A stretch of DNA of 62,997 bases, filler included, from Octopus bimaculoides (GCF_001194135.2; 9 parts of 8 records of this genome joined end to end with filler, not necessarily neighbours in it), one strand, 5' to 3'. Shown: positions 41,270-55,235, counted from the first letter of the whole stretch. Numbers and translations: made by a program. The notes: generated by a model from the letters alone, not told the origin.

Positions 41270-41644
41270 CATACATATATATATATACGTATATATATAT
41301 ATGTCTATGTGTATACACTATACACCTGTGAGTATGTGTGAATCTCAGTCAGGGTACGTAGATACATATATAGAGTTGTAGATGTACATGTATGTGTGTG
41401 TGTATATATATATATATATAATATATATATAATAACAAAATACAACATATATATATAGCTATATATCAATACACATACACACACGCATACACACACACAC
41501 ACACACATATATGCACACATGCATATACATATGCATATATACAAGGATATGTACAACTTACACATCAACACGAACAAACATACAAAACAAGAGGGAGAGA
41601 GAGAGAGAGAGAAAGAGAGCGAGAGAGCGAGAAAGACAAAGAGA

Positions 41645-41689
<45 letters not shown>

Positions 41690-42567
41690 AGAGAGAGAGA
41701 GTGAGGGTGTAAAAGAAAGGGGGTTACTTTATTTTTGACAAAATTTAATGTTCGTTTTAGTCTTCGTCCAAATTTCAGTGTCTGTTCTGATTTGATTTTT
41801 TTTATTTTCCAGATGTTCTCATTGGTGCATTGTCTTCGCCATGTTCATATTCTAGGGTCACGTGTAATTTAAGTCAATATGGAAGAAATCTAAAAGACAA
41901 AAAACACCACCAGAAACAAAGAAAGATGCAGCAGATTCTCTTGTAAGAAACAACACCCAGCCATGGGCCAATTGGTCGGTGTGTGTGTGTGTGTGTGTGC
42001 GTGTGTGTGTGTGTGTGTGTCTTAAATTGGTAGATTGACCAGCTAGAAATAATAACCAAATCATTGTCAAAACACACCTTACTGTCTTGTATATAAAAAG
42101 GACCCGATTGAGAATTTAGTCTTGGATTATCTGTGCTTCTAAAAAGACGGCGTGGTCACGGCTGGAATTCTTTTCCTCAAAACATGTTTGTTTCATCAAG
42201 GCTGATCTGAAGCTATACAACAACATCAACAACAACAGCAATTAGAAGGAACAATATAGAGCTGCGAGTTCTTTTAAAAATCGAAATAACATAAGAAAAA
42301 TAAAAATGTTTAGGAAACCTTAAGATCAAGATTAAAAAAAAATATTACACCAGTTGTCATGGTACCAGATTAAAAAAAATAAAAATATTAAAATACAAAA
42401 CTACATTATATAAGGTGAGTGTGTGGTAAGATGTCTGATCTTCTACCACATGGTTCCGGGTTCAGTCCCACTGCATAGTACCTTGGGCAAGTGTCTTTTG
42501 ATATAGTCTGGGGTCGATCAAAGTCTTGTGAGTGGATTTGGTAGACGGAAACTGAAAGAAGCCAGTC

Positions 42568-42602
<35 letters not shown>

Positions 42603-43217
42603 TGTGTGTGTGTATGTGTGTGTATGATTAATTAGAGGAATGGAAGATGGAAGATACGAGAATGTTTATTAATCACTACAATTGTTTCCACCGATCTAGC
42701 ATCGATCCCGCACGACTGGGATACTTAACAATTGACTGTGTAGATGTGTCTCATCAGTTGAATACAAGATGTATCTCGTCAAAATAACGACTCTTCCGCA
42801 AGATATCTTCTCAGTTTTTGTATGAAAATTAAAGGATACAGCTTCATTTTTATATAAGATCAAAAATAAATAACATACAAAAAGTAACGAATGCACAATA
42901 CAGCAGAAAAAGTATTAAATATAACCGTTAATTGATATGGATGTATAAACGCCCTCGCTGAGGTTGTATGGCGCACGTACACCGACTTGAACAAACATTC
43001 GCAAAAATATAAGCATACGCATACGCGTGGTTTGGCGTACATACGTTCGCATAGCGAATTAAATAGCTATTTAGCGTTTATACGAATGGGAAGGCTAGAG
43101 TTAAATTTAATTCATCCATACCTTAAGGTAAATTATGATTGTTAATTTGATTGACTGATACTCAAATTCATTCTCGCTGCATTGTGCGAAAGTGCATTTA
43201 TAAGCATGTAAGTACAT

Positions 43218-43720
43218 TCAGTGTCCTTCAGAAATTCTATTAATTATCTTCTCATTGCTCCACAAAATCGACAGGGATTCCTCGGAGTAGAGTCTGCATT
43301 TCCTGGAAAGAATATTATATGGTTGTGCGTACCTTATAATGGACCAAGTTAGATCATATTTAATTTTATCTTTCTTAAGTCGCCACACAAAATCGGCCAA
43401 AGATGTTGAATGCTTCTTGTTGATTTTCTAGAAGCTTATAAAATGGTTGCGATAACGACTTTTGAATGAATCAGTCGCTGCCCCAATGTTAACATACGAT
43501 CCTCTCCTTGTGTGCACGGTACATTTATATTCAAGATTCGTACTCATACAGAGGTTCATCAATGGGCATTTTGATTTTTCTCTGCATGAGCATTTATTAG
43601 ATTTAGTTGTATATGTGGCAGTTCTGACCTCATTTTCTGACGCTGTTACCGTGTTGTCTATATATTATTGCTACCGTCACGATATGGCCGTAGCGAATAT
43701 TTTTCATACGAATTTATATC
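43218..43720 (-). pseudogene. Penelope-like GIY-YIG endonuclease remnant
   Basis: CSCREKSKCPLMNLCMSTNLEYKCTV...VNIGAATDSFKSRYRNH...STSLADFVWRLK...WSII...KCRL; one in-frame stop. Confidence 0.85.
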
Positions 43721-43763
43721 TCCTTTCTTGGTATTTTGATGTATATGTTTATACACACACACA

Positions 43764-43813
<50 letters not shown>

Positions 43814-44809
43814 NNNNNNNNNNNNNNNNNNNNNNNNNNNNNNNNNNNNNNNNNNNNNNNNNNNNNNNNNNNNNNNNNNNNNNNNNNNNNNNNNNNNNNN
43901 NNNNNNNNNNNNNNNNNNNNNNNNNNNNNNNNNNNNNNNNNNNNNNNNNNNNNNNNNNNNNNNNNNNNNNNNNNNNNNNNNNNNNNNNNNNNNNNNNNNN
44001 NNNNNNNNNNNNNNNNNNNNNNNNNNNNNNNNNNNNNNNNNNNNNNNNNNNNNNNNNNNNNNNNNNNNNNNNNNNNNNNNNNNNNNNNNNNNNNNNNNNN
44101 NNNNNNNNNNNNNNNNNNNNNNNNNNNNNNNNNNNNNNNNNNNNNNNNNNNNNNNNNNNNNNNNNNNNNNNNNNNNNNNNNNNNNNNNNNNNNNNNNNNN
44201 NNNNNNNNNNNNNNNNNNNNNNNNNNNNNNNNNNNNNNNNNNNNNNNNNNNNNNNNNNNNNNNNNNNNNNNNNNNNNNNNNNNNNNNNNNNNNNNNNNNN
44301 NNNNNNNNNNNNNNNNNNNNNNNNNNNNNNNNNNNNNNNNNNNNNNNNNNNNNNNNNNNNNNNNNNNNNNNNNNNNNNNTATATATATATATATATCTGT
44401 TGCACTAGAAACAAAACTCATTAGAAAATGTGAAAATTACAGATGGAAAGGGAGAGTCGGGGGGGGGGGATAACAATATAAGACAAAGAAACAATAATAT
44501 ATTTTCAATAAGTTGTTACATTGTCTAGTTTACAGCTCTAGGTAATGATATTGCTGATAGTAATATACAGCGTTGGTTTCGTTGCTTTCGCAAGAAGCAG
44601 AAGCCAATCGCTTTTCTAGTAAGCAGGAGAAGGAGTCAGCCATTTCTGTTTCAGACAAGAACAACGTGAAATCGCTTCAAGAGAAAACGCCATCGGCTGT
44701 TAAGGAATTCCAGATAAATAAACATTCGAAATATTTTAATTTTAAATAATAAATTTGAAATCATTTGAGATTGTTTTGAATTTTTTCTTATTGTTTATCT
44801 TTTATTTGT

Positions 44810-45170
44810 TGCGGTCATTAGATTGAGGCCATACTGGAGCATCGCTTTGAAGAGTTTTTTTGCCGAATGAATGGATCCCAGTACTTATTTATTTATTTTC
44901 AAGCATGGTAGTTATTCTATAGGTGTATTTTGCCAAACTGCCAAGTTACGGGGGCGTAAACATACCTGCACCGGTTGGCAAGCAATGACGGGGGACAAAC
45001 AGGCGCGCGTGCACACACACACAAGACAGGTTTCTTTCAGATTTTGTTTATGAAATCCCTTTAAAACACTTTGGTAGAAGATACTTGCCCAAGGTGCCAT
45101 GCAGTGGGACTGAGCCCGGAACCATGTGGCTGGGAACCAAACTTCTTACCACACAGCCACGCCCGCGCCT
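44810..45170 (-). mobile_element. SINE family A
   Basis: Both halves in reverse orientation; further copies at 42415-42570 (+), 49467-49612 (+) and 53020-53430 (-). Confidence 0.75.
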
Positions 45171-45281
45171 ATAGGAAACAGTAACAAAGTAAAATTGCTT
45201 TAAGAGAAAACGCCGTCGGCTGTTAAGGAATTTCAAAATAAACATCTGAAATATTTTCATTTTAAATTATGAATTATAAAG

Positions 45282-45485
45282 TTAAAACCATTCGAGTTTA
45301 TTCTTTGATTTATGAATTATGAATTTAAAACCATTCGAGTTTATTCTTTGAATTATGAATTATGAATTCTAAACCATTTGAGTTTATTCTTTGATTTATG
45401 AATTATGAATTTAAAACCATTCGAGTTCATTCTTTTGAATTATGAATTATAAAGTTAAAACCTTTTGAGTTTATTCTTTGAATAA
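45282..45485. repeat. 43-bp minisatellite, about 5 copies
   Basis: Unit TTAAAACCATTCGAGTTTATTCTTTGATTTATGAATTATGAAT. Confidence 0.92.
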
Positions 45486-45789
45486 TTAATTATAATTTTC
45501 ACTTTCGATTCTTCACTGATTTTATCTTTCATCGATTATTTTTTTTACTTCTTTCTGTCATTGGACTGTGGTCATACTGGGGCACCGCATTGAAGGAGTT
45601 TAGTCGAACAAATCGACAAATCGACTTGTTTTAAATACTTATTTTATCGGTCTCCTCATGGAATATTTTCTTATTTTTTTTCTATTTTAATATATTTCTA
45701 TTTTTCTTTATGAAATATAACGATGTTTTCTTTTATCTTCGCACAATCACAGTGCATTTTACTGGTTTGGCAAAAGAAAATGTGTGGAC

Positions 45790-46500
45790 ATTAGTGACAT
45801 TCATGATCATCCGGTCGAGCTTGCTCAGACATTTTTAACTCACGCACGCCATCCATCTCGGGAGGTCTTCGAGGAGGTAACCAGCGTCTCTGGTGAGATG
45901 ATCTACATACGTTGTGTTCGGACGACCTTCTCGAGTACAACCATGTTTTGGCATCTACAGCAGAAGATCACTCTCCAGCCTTTGTTTAGCCTGCCAACAA
46001 TGTCACGCAAAACGCAAATACCTTTCGCTTGTAAGGGCAGAAAGAGGCAGGAGATAGCCACGCAACTGTTTCTTGGTGGGATGAGTTCTCTAAGATATTT
46101 TTAAGACTGCTTTTAACATTCGAGTGTAAGTTCCATCTAGCTTGGATTCCAGAGTTTTGGTTAGTATCCAGGCTGTTGCTACATATAAAAGGACTAACTC
46201 TACTGATGCACGCAAAAATGTTTTTGAGATTGTCTGATAGGGTCTATTTCTATGCAACATCTGGTTTGTTTAGGGCCGACCATATTTTGGCTGTCTGAGA
46301 TTTTACATCCCTTTCAGTTGAGTCTATCTCAGAACCGATGCACGTGAAGTCAACTTTATTGCTAGGGACTTTTCTGATGTTGCTGATGGATCCTTGTTGA
46401 TTTTGAGCAATGAATTTAGTTTTACTAGGGTTAAGAAGTAGTCCAACATCACGTGCATCTATTAAGTAACTGGGAGGAGTTTGATATTGAACCAAAGGGC
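45790..46500 (-). pseudogene. RTE-clade LINE RT C-terminal remnant
   Basis: VGLLLNPSKTK...ASVELVLLY...WILTKTLESKLDGTYTRMLKAVLKIS*...LRFA*HCW...REGRPNTTYVDHL. Confidence 0.8.
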
Positions 46501-47169
46501 AAGGCTAAATCGTCAGCACAGGGACATTAGTGAAGTAAAAAAAAAATCTTCCGATCGCCTGAAATTGTATTTCATGATCAGATCTTTTCACGTAGAGGCA
46601 TGAAAGTATCCTCAGTGGACCTCAGTGAAATTTGAACATAAAAGGACGCAACTAAATACCACAAGGTACTGTGTCTGATACTCAACTGATTCTGTCATTC
46701 TCTGCCCTTCAGATGAAGCGGGTGTCCGTGAGATTTGAACTCAGAACGTGAAAAGACATAATTAAGCTCTGCCAGACATTTTCTCTGATGCTCCACCGAT
46801 TCTGCAATCCAATTATTAAAATTGTAGACACAATTCTGATATTTGTGATCTTAAAATAAAACTAATCGAAATTGAAATATCTATATTTTCAATTCGATTA
46901 TTGGTTTTGTACTCGGTTTAGCAACAGACGATTGATTGGCCATTGATTTCAGAATTGGGGATGAAGGATTTTAAGACGTTCAGGCTGTTGTTGTTTAGAT
47001 CCAGGTCAGTCATGATTGAGAAGGCCTTTAACGAAAGATATTCCTTCTGTGGCCATCCCGTCTTTCTATAAGTACACTGTACGCCGACCGTCATTAACGG
47101 ATGTGTTCTTTGTCAAGACGGCAGGGTATGGTTGGAGGGAAGTTTAGTTATTATTTCTCGCAAGTAGAG

Positions 47170-47558
47170 GAGTGGTTCTCAATCAAGATCCATGTGACAC
47201 CTAAGGGTCCATATAAAATTTTTAGGGTCCATGCAAACAAAATCGTAAACTGGGGATCCAAAGTAGTATTTTATAGGCTCATGACAAAGTTTTGCTTTAG
47301 TTGTATTCATTGCAAGAAATAGCTAGGTTTCTTTCTTTAGTGTTTTTCATAGTTTAACATGTTTCCAGTCGCTGAAACATGTTCTCTCAGTGAATTCTGT
47401 TGCAAACCTACACAAGTGAATGGGTGAAAAACAAAATAGGAATTTTAAAAGAAGTATCTAGAAAACTAGTTTTTAAACATCGAATAATTCAGGGGGTCCA
47501 CCAGAAGTAAAATATTAATCTAAGGGATCCATAGATAAAACATGGCTAAGAACCATTG
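47170..47558. mobile_element. hAT (Charlie-like) MITE
   Basis: Termini GAGTGGTTCTCAA...GGCTAAGAACCATTG; 8-bp flanks AAGTAGAG and AAATAGAG match 7/8 with central TA. Confidence 0.75.
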
Positions 47559-50213
47559 AAATAGAGTCTCCCTTGTTGGATTATAGACGTTGATATATTT
47601 CCCGAAGTCAGTGTAGATGCTGAGTAACTGAGGCAGCTACAATCGGGAACTAAAATTAGGTAGAAATTTGAAGCCACTGGAAGTTTACTCCGATATACAG
47701 GCGTTCCGTCATTTAATCTTTAAATTCATTCAGTAATCACAAAATTCTTTATTGTCGGAGCACAGTTACGACCCTGATAAAGTCTCTCACAACACTAATC
47801 TATCCCCAAAGGGGCAAGTTTCCCAGATACACGTCTGCTGCTTGTTTTGCAATGCCAGGCCAAAAGATTAATCCACTCTAAACACTACTACTTTCTGGTT
47901 ATAACCCAAAGCAGACGTTTCTACATAGTCTTTAGGTAGGTTAAACTGTTTTCAAATAACACGCTATTGTTGGCGTCCAATAGAGAAGGAGGACGAGGTT
48001 TGATAGCTATTTTTGAAATTGCTGTGAAACTCAATCCTCGATCTACAGCCTCAACCGCAGTTCTGACATATAAACACTGTGGATATTGTATTACTTTATA
48101 TTTTTGGGTTCCAGCTCAAAGAATGTGGCCATGCTGGGGCACCGCCACTGTATGCAGATTTTTTTACGCGAATAATTCCTTCGTACTAGCTTTGTTCATC
48201 CAGCTGTTATCAGGATATTGCTTTCAATTTCTCATCAGAAGAAACATTTTGACCCTAAAATGGAAAGATATATTTTTTTCTACTCTAGGCACAAGGCCAG
48301 AATTTTTTGGGTAGGGGGCCAATCGATTAGATTGACCTCAGTACGCAACTGGTACTTATTTTATCGACCCCAAATGGCAAAATCGATCTTGGCGGAATTT
48401 GAACTCAGAACGTAACGACGGGAGAAATACCGCTAAGCATTTCGCTCGGCGTGCCAACGTTTCTACCAGCTCGCCGCCTTAATGGAAAGATATATTGGAA
48501 GGATAATGTGGTTCTTGGTACATTATGTCTGGAAAAATAATTAGGTTGATCACTGCTAGAATATCTTAGATTAAAGTTTGCTTGATCAGAACAGACCTGG
48601 GTTAAATAACGACAACAACAATAACATCAACAACGACGACCAATAATTTGGCAGGAACCGTTGGTTGTCGTGGAAGATGGATTTTATTGAATTTCATTCT
48701 GTTGAAAACATTCAGTTACTTCCTTCCTTCTTGCATCCCTACCTTCTTTCCTTCTTTCCTTACAGCATTCCTTCTACAAGGCCTGGAGGGACTGAAAATG
48801 CTCATGGCCGCTGCTTTTCTCTCCCTGATTAAAGTCACTAAAAGACAACAACAACTATACCGTAATCGCTGACTGGAAGTCAATATCTTCGAGTCAACAA
48901 TCCAGTTCCTACTCTTTTCAAACGTTTCAGTTTTTATTTTCTTTTGATCCTTAGAAAATACAAACAAGACCCTGTCAGGTTTCCTTGGAAAACTATCAGC
49001 TCCAATCAACGACACAGAATCTACTTAATGAATGACTAATACAAAACTTCCATCAGAATGCATCTAAATATTTGCATAAATCAATGAATCTTACATTTCG
49101 TTTCTCATCACTTACGTAATCTTATAAAAAATCTTAGAGATTTATAAATAGAAGAGAAAAAAAAAATCTTTGTTGAATGACCTTATTTTACTAGTTCTGC
49201 GACTGATAGAAATATTTCGTTGATGGAAACTTGGCGAAGTGGAAAAAATACAAGAAGAATCGATATTTGCAGATTTGGGTCAATTCTAGTTGGATTCAAA
49301 TCTCGTAGATGAAAGCAGGGTTAACACGTTTATCTATTGTACGTGTTTAGATATGGGTTATTTCTGAAACGAAACAACATCAGCTGACTGGGCGATATCT
49401 GATCTGCTCCACGTGCAATCGTTCATTATGTAGAGCCATAGATTAAAGCTAAAGTTTCAACAATACGAGGCGCAGGCGTGGCTGTAGGCTAACCACATGA
49501 TTCCGGGTTCGGTCCCACTGCGTGGCACCTTGGGCAAGTGTTTTCTTCAATAGCCTGGTGTCGACCAAAGCCTTGTGAGTGGATTTGGTAGACGGAAACT
49601 GAAAGAAGCCCGGTTGCTACATCCTCTGGGAAAAAATTNNNNNNNNNNNNNNNNNNNNNNNNNNNNNNNNNNNNNNNNNNNNTTAATTAATTAANNNNNN
49701 NNNNNNNNNNNNNNNNNNNNNNNNNNNNNNNNNNNNNNATATATACATGCACATATATACACATATACATTCGCATACATATACACATGTGCAGACATAT
49801 ATATGCACACATATATACATATACATATTTGTACCTATACACATATGCATACAAATGCACACACACACACATACATATGTATATATATACATATATGTAT
49901 ATATATACATACACACATATTCATATATACATACACATACATATACACATATATATACACATACATGCACGTATCCACATATACGTGTACTTTCGATTAT
50001 ACATGCTCACGCACATACATATGTATAACTATATATCGATGACATTAGATATAAATATAAAACAATAACATATGTTTATGCATACAAGCGCTTACATGCT
50101 TTATGTATACAAGCGCTTATACAAACATATTTATTCATATATAGACATATATGTACACTTATGAAATTATACATACAAGTACAGATATACACACTTAATA
50201 AAAGTTACGAAAC

Positions 50214-51823
50214 ACGTATTTCATTAAGCAATTTCTTCTTATACGGTAATATCTGATATAATTCATCTATAAACAGGTTGCATCTAGCATCATTAATTTG
50301 ATACGATCTAGCATGACTAAGTATTTTCCAATTTATTTTGTAAGATTTCTTACTATCCTTCAATTCCCAAATTAGTTTACTTAGACTAGTACAGTTAATT
50401 CTATCTCTATTCCTAAAGGTGTATTCATAGAACCTATGTAAATTTTTTTTGTTTTCGAATTCACCCTACATCTATATACAATATTATTCTGTAAACAAAA
50501 ATTATTAAATAAACATTTATCCTTATATCTACAGTCACAGTTTCTAGCTAGATCATTATCTGCAATATTATTGTTATTTTTTCTTTCATTATAAAAAATT
50601 GTCCAAACTTTTATTATTGAAGGAGGAGATAAGTCTAAACAATTTTTTAGATACTGAAAAACCTATTCTAATCCTTTTATTATTAATTATCTTATAATAT
50701 CTATGTTCTTTATTAAAGTGCTTAGATATAGATATGTAAAATAGCTTGACCAGATTCGTTTTTATTTGTCGTGCATAAGGAATGATAAACCAAATATAAT
50801 TATCTTTGTTATACTTAACATCATTGGGTGTATTGGGGTTGACATATGGCGTATATTTATTATCATTAGACCTAAGTTTATTTGAATATTTATTTTTATT
50901 CAGGGTATATTTACTACTCTTTTTCTTTTTAATATCAATGCAATTGTTAATCAATTCATTAGTATTTACAAATAAATCGGATATCTTTCAACTATTATAT
51001 TCACCCACTTCGTTGTCAATCAGTTTTCCATTATTATAAGATTTGTTGCAGTTCTCATTCTTATTACAGTATAATATACTATTCCAGTATCTTTCCTTTT
51101 TAAGTGCATTATTATAGTAACCTACATCATTATTAAACTTTTCCTCATTAGATGACAAACAGAAAATGCATTTCGAAATGTTATCAACCAGATTTTTTGC
51201 GAAAACTTTAGGATGGTTACTGTGAAATTTAATGTATTGTACACTACTATTTGGTTTATGAAAGGGAATGTTTCGGTCAGTAACAAGGTTCAGATTTACA
51301 TCTAGGTAATTAACTGAATCATGTTCATTTTCTATAGAGATAGATAAACCAAATCTTTTTTTAAATTATGGAACTTTTTCATATATAAGTTTATTTTTCT
51401 ATTGGATTTACAAAAATAGTGCATCATTCATTATGGAAATGTATAGTATGTAAGTACCTACTAAATCAGTAACTTGAGCTGAATCGGTTGAGCTCATTGT
51501 TATGTCAAAATAATCGGTAGCATTTTTTCTGACCCAGTACTTGTTATAGAATATAATGACAGACTTTCTAGCTTCCAAACTAACTTTAATTTCTCTTAAA
51601 CTTAGGTTAGAGTTTTCTTAACAAAAATAAGTGCACTATTTAGTACAACTGGATTAATTGAAGAATAATAATTAATAAAGTCTAATTGAATGAATTTACT
51701 TCTAATTTTATTATCTAATTTATCAAACCAATTAATAACTTCCTGGATATTTGACCAGAGATCTAATTTCAATTTTTCCTTCAGTTTGGGAATATACTTA
51801 TCTAGAATAATTTTACTTAATAT
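50214..51823 (-). pseudogene. Penelope-like retroelement RT + GIY-YIG, near-complete but decayed and very AT-rich
   Basis: ILSKIILDK...LWSNIQEVINWF...KFIQLDFINYYSSI; ARKS...WVRK...FDITMSSTDSAQVTDLVG; VNYLDVNLNL...FHKPN; HSNHP; YIWFIIPY...TNL; CDCR...C...C...NIVY...YIG; SLSKLIWELK...WKIL...RCNL. Confidence 0.9.
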
Positions 51824-51916
51824 CGTCCGTTAAAATGCTTTTGTTGTTTTTTAATTGTAATTGATGTAAGATTGAATAGTTAACGCTCACGCTCATAACA
51901 CAGACATTTGAATTAG

Positions 51917-52185
51917 TTTTTACAATCCAGCCGTCTTTTCCAAACCAAATTTCGTCTTTCTGAACCGGTTGACCCTGAAGTGACTTATATATAATTGAAC
52001 TGTGATTTTGTATATCAGAATATATATATATATGTCGAAACAATTTGTTGGCCTTTACGGTTTTTAAAATTATTCATATAATATATTATGTTATATATTA
52101 TTTTCATAGTATTTAATGTATTATTGTAATATAAATAAATCATTGAATGTCAATAGAATATCTCTATATTTAATTTATCTTTATA
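51917..52185 (+). repeat. pseudo-LTR-like repeat, copy 1 (inverted relative to the PLE ORF)
   Basis: Direct repeat of 54389-54668; contains a hammerhead-like motif and AATAAA. Confidence 0.8.
51971..52053 (+). ncRNA. hammerhead-like motif with long stem II (CUGAAGU core)
   Basis: GACC-CUGAAGU-GAC...GUC-GAAA-CAA U UUG-UU/GGCC; stem I is imperfect. Confidence 0.45.
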
Positions 52186-52465
52186 TATATACATGTATGT
52201 ATACATATTATATATATACATGTATGTATATATATTATATAGACATCTAAGGAGATTCGTGTTAGAAATTAGAGAAAATTTAAAATTTTGTAATTCCTAT
52301 GATGATGAGGATGATGATGATGATGATAATGGCAAGTGAATCATGTAATGGAGAATAAATAATACCAAATGATTTCCACTTTCCTGTTTTACTATATAAC
52401 TCTGCAAAAAATATTTCCATAATTCTCAATTTTGTTCTACACACACATACACACACACATATATG

Positions 52466-52507
<42 letters not shown>

Positions 52508-52612
52508 CTTATATATATATATATACTTATATATATATATATAAATATATATGCACACACATATACACACACACACACACACATATACATATATACATAC
52601 ATGTATACATAT

Positions 52613-52689
<77 letters not shown>

Positions 52690-53682
52690 CCAGAGATCGA
52701 GGTGTAGGAAGAAAAGTTAGCTTCAAGCAATCCATTGTAAATATAAAAAACAACATTCAGTGACAATAGAGGTTTATTGAGATGGAAGGTTGTGGATTTT
52801 TTCGTATCGAAGTATGATAGACTGAAAAAAGTTCTTTTTATATTTCACGGTAGGTGACCAGGTTTGCCAGGTATGCGAATAAGAATACAAGAGTTAAGGA
52901 ATGGACTACATAAGATCCAAACAGACTACATATATACGTCGAAAGTGGTAAATATCCAGGCGAGGTGTATACTGCAGGCTACTCTTCAAGCCAAGGATAT
53001 ACTCTACTCTCTCTCTTTTACTCTTTTTCTTGTTTCAGTCATTTGACCGCGGCCATGCTGGAGCACCGCCTTTTTTAGTCGACCAAATCGACCCCAGGAC
53101 TTATTCTTTGTAAGCCTAGTACTTATTCTATCGGTCTCTTTTTGCCGAACCACTAAGTTGCGAGGACGTAAACCCACCAGCATCTGTTGTCAAGTGATGT
53201 CGGGGGACAAACACAGGCACGCAAACACACAAACACACACATATATATATATACATATACATATATACGACGGGCTTCTTCCAGTTTCCGTCTACCGAAT
53301 CCACTCACAAGGTTTGGTCGGTCCGAGGCTATAGTAGAAGACACCTGCCCAAGGTGTCACGCAGTGGGACTAAACCCAGAACCATGTGGTTGGTAAGCAA
53401 GCTACTTACCACACAGCCACTCCTGCGCCTATCTTGATTAAATGAAAGGTTACATTGTCGCAAGGAGGTTTACACATGCAAGATTCAATAACCCATTCAT
53501 TTTCCTAAATTATTTGATAAAAATGAAATTGGGTATGCTTATTTCTTAGTATTTGAACTGTTAGAGTTATTTTCGCAATTTATCCAGTACAACCCTTAGA
53601 CAAGTAAATAGTATTTTCCTAAACAATAGATCCACTTATTCACGAATATACCAACACTAGCGTCCTTGAGGGTAATTTTCAC

Positions 53683-53950
53683 TGGGAACGCACAAAGCCC
53701 TTTTCAGACTTATTTACTTTGAATTGTTATTATCTCATATCTGATTAGCCTGTTATTACGTAACATGCTCCGCGATTTAAGTATACATGCCTTATTAATA
53801 TTTCCTCCTAAGTTCTATATACTTTGGGAACACATTAAAGCCCTTTTCATGGCTACTTTATTTGAATTCTTACTATCGGGTAACTAATTTCATGCTATTA
53901 CATAACTGACTTCCCAATTTGGGTATTCATAACTTATTAGGAACTCCTAA
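53683..53950. repeat. diverged ~140-bp tandem duplication
   Basis: TGGGAAC.CA..AAAGCCCTTTTCA...CTCCTAA occurs twice. Confidence 0.55.
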
Positions 53951-54232
53951 AACAAGATCCTGTGTAAGACAGTTCGGTATTCTCTGTAAATGCACAAAAA
54001 CCATTTTAAGGGCTACATACTTTGTATTGTTGTTATTGGATTAGTGAAACAATTATGAGGACGGAACCAAGGGATAATCCCCGCTTTCCCGAGAATTACC
54101 AGGTACGTCAGCTAATATATATATATATATGCAACAAACTGAGGAAAAGAAATCCTTCAAAGGGATGTATTAAACATCCAATTCACTGGTACTTCAGCTG
54201 GATACCAATATGAATATTGGAATAATTCAATA

Positions 54233-54384
54233 ATAAAGATAAATTAAACATAGAGATATTCTATTGACATTCAATAATTTATTTATATTACAATAATACA
54301 TTAAATACTATGACTATAATACATAACATAATATTGTATAAATAATTATAAAGACTGTAAAAGTCCAACAAATTTTTCGACTTA
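54233..54384 (-). repeat. partial inverted copy of the pseudo-LTR-like repeat
   Basis: Reverse complement of 54503-54665 and of 52033-52185. Confidence 0.85.
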
Positions 54385-54388
54385 AATA

Positions 54389-54668
54389 TTTTTACAATCC
54401 AGCTGTATTTCCAGACGGGATTTCGTCTTTCTCAAACGAATTGACCCTGAAGTGACTTATATATAATTGAACAGTGATTATGTATATCAGAAAAAAAAAT
54501 ATATAAGTCGAAACAATTTGTTGGACTTTTATGGTTTTTATAATTATTTATATATTATTATGTTATGTTATGTTATGTAGTATATTCAGAGTATTTAATG
54601 TAATATTGTAATATAAATAAATTATTGAATGTTAATAGAATATCTCTATATTTAATTTATCTTTATAT
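54389..54668 (+). repeat. pseudo-LTR-like repeat, copy 2
   Basis: TTTTTACAATCCAGC...GACCCTGAAGTGACTTATATATAATTGAAC...GTCGAAACAATTTGTTGG shared with copy 1. Confidence 0.85.
54443..54526 (+). ncRNA. hammerhead-like motif with an 11-bp stem II
   Basis: GACUUAUAUAU pairs with AUAUAUAAGUC; CUGAAGU core; GAAA; AACAA-U-UUGUU stem III; GUU site. Confidence 0.5.
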
Positions 54669-55188
54669 ATCTATGTATATATATATATATNNNNNNNNNN
54701 NNNNNNNNNNNNNNNNNNNNNNNNNNNNNNNNNNNNNNNNNNNNNNNNNNNNNNNNNNNNNNNNNNNNNNNNNNNNNNNNNNNNNNNNNNNNNNNNNNNN
54801 NNNNNNNNNNNNNNNNNNNNNNNNNNNNNNNNNNNNNNNNNNNNNNNNNNNNNNNNNNNNNNNNNNNNNNNNNNNNNNNNNNNNNNNNNNNNNNNNNNNN
54901 NNNNNNNNNNNNNNNNNNNNNNNNNNNNNNNNNNNNNNNNNNNNNNNNNNNNNNNNNNNNNNNNNNNNNNNNNNNNNNNNNNNNNNNNNNNNNNNNNNNN
55001 NNNNNNNNNNNNNNNNNNNNNNNNNNNNNNNNNNNNNNNNNNNNNNNNNNNNNNNNNNNNNNNNNNNNNNNNNNNNNNNNNNNNNNNNNNNNNNNNNNNN
55101 NNNNNNNNNNNNNNNNNNNNNNNNNNNNNNNNNNNNNNNNNNNNNNNNNNNNNNNNNNNNNNNNNNNNNNNNNNNNNNNNNNNNNNNN

Positions 55189-55235
<47 letters not shown>

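Noticed and set aside
45282-45485. Regular repeat superficially like a CRISPR array
   Set aside because: No unique spacers and no cas genes; eukaryotic minisatellite.
48740-48880. Polypyrimidine tract + AG followed by a short ORF
   Set aside because: The tract is a CTTC-type simple repeat and the translation is unrecognisable.
49090-49118. GUGAUGA-G(AAA)C-GAAA-UG-UA on the minus strand
   Set aside because: C3 is missing and stem I does not pair.
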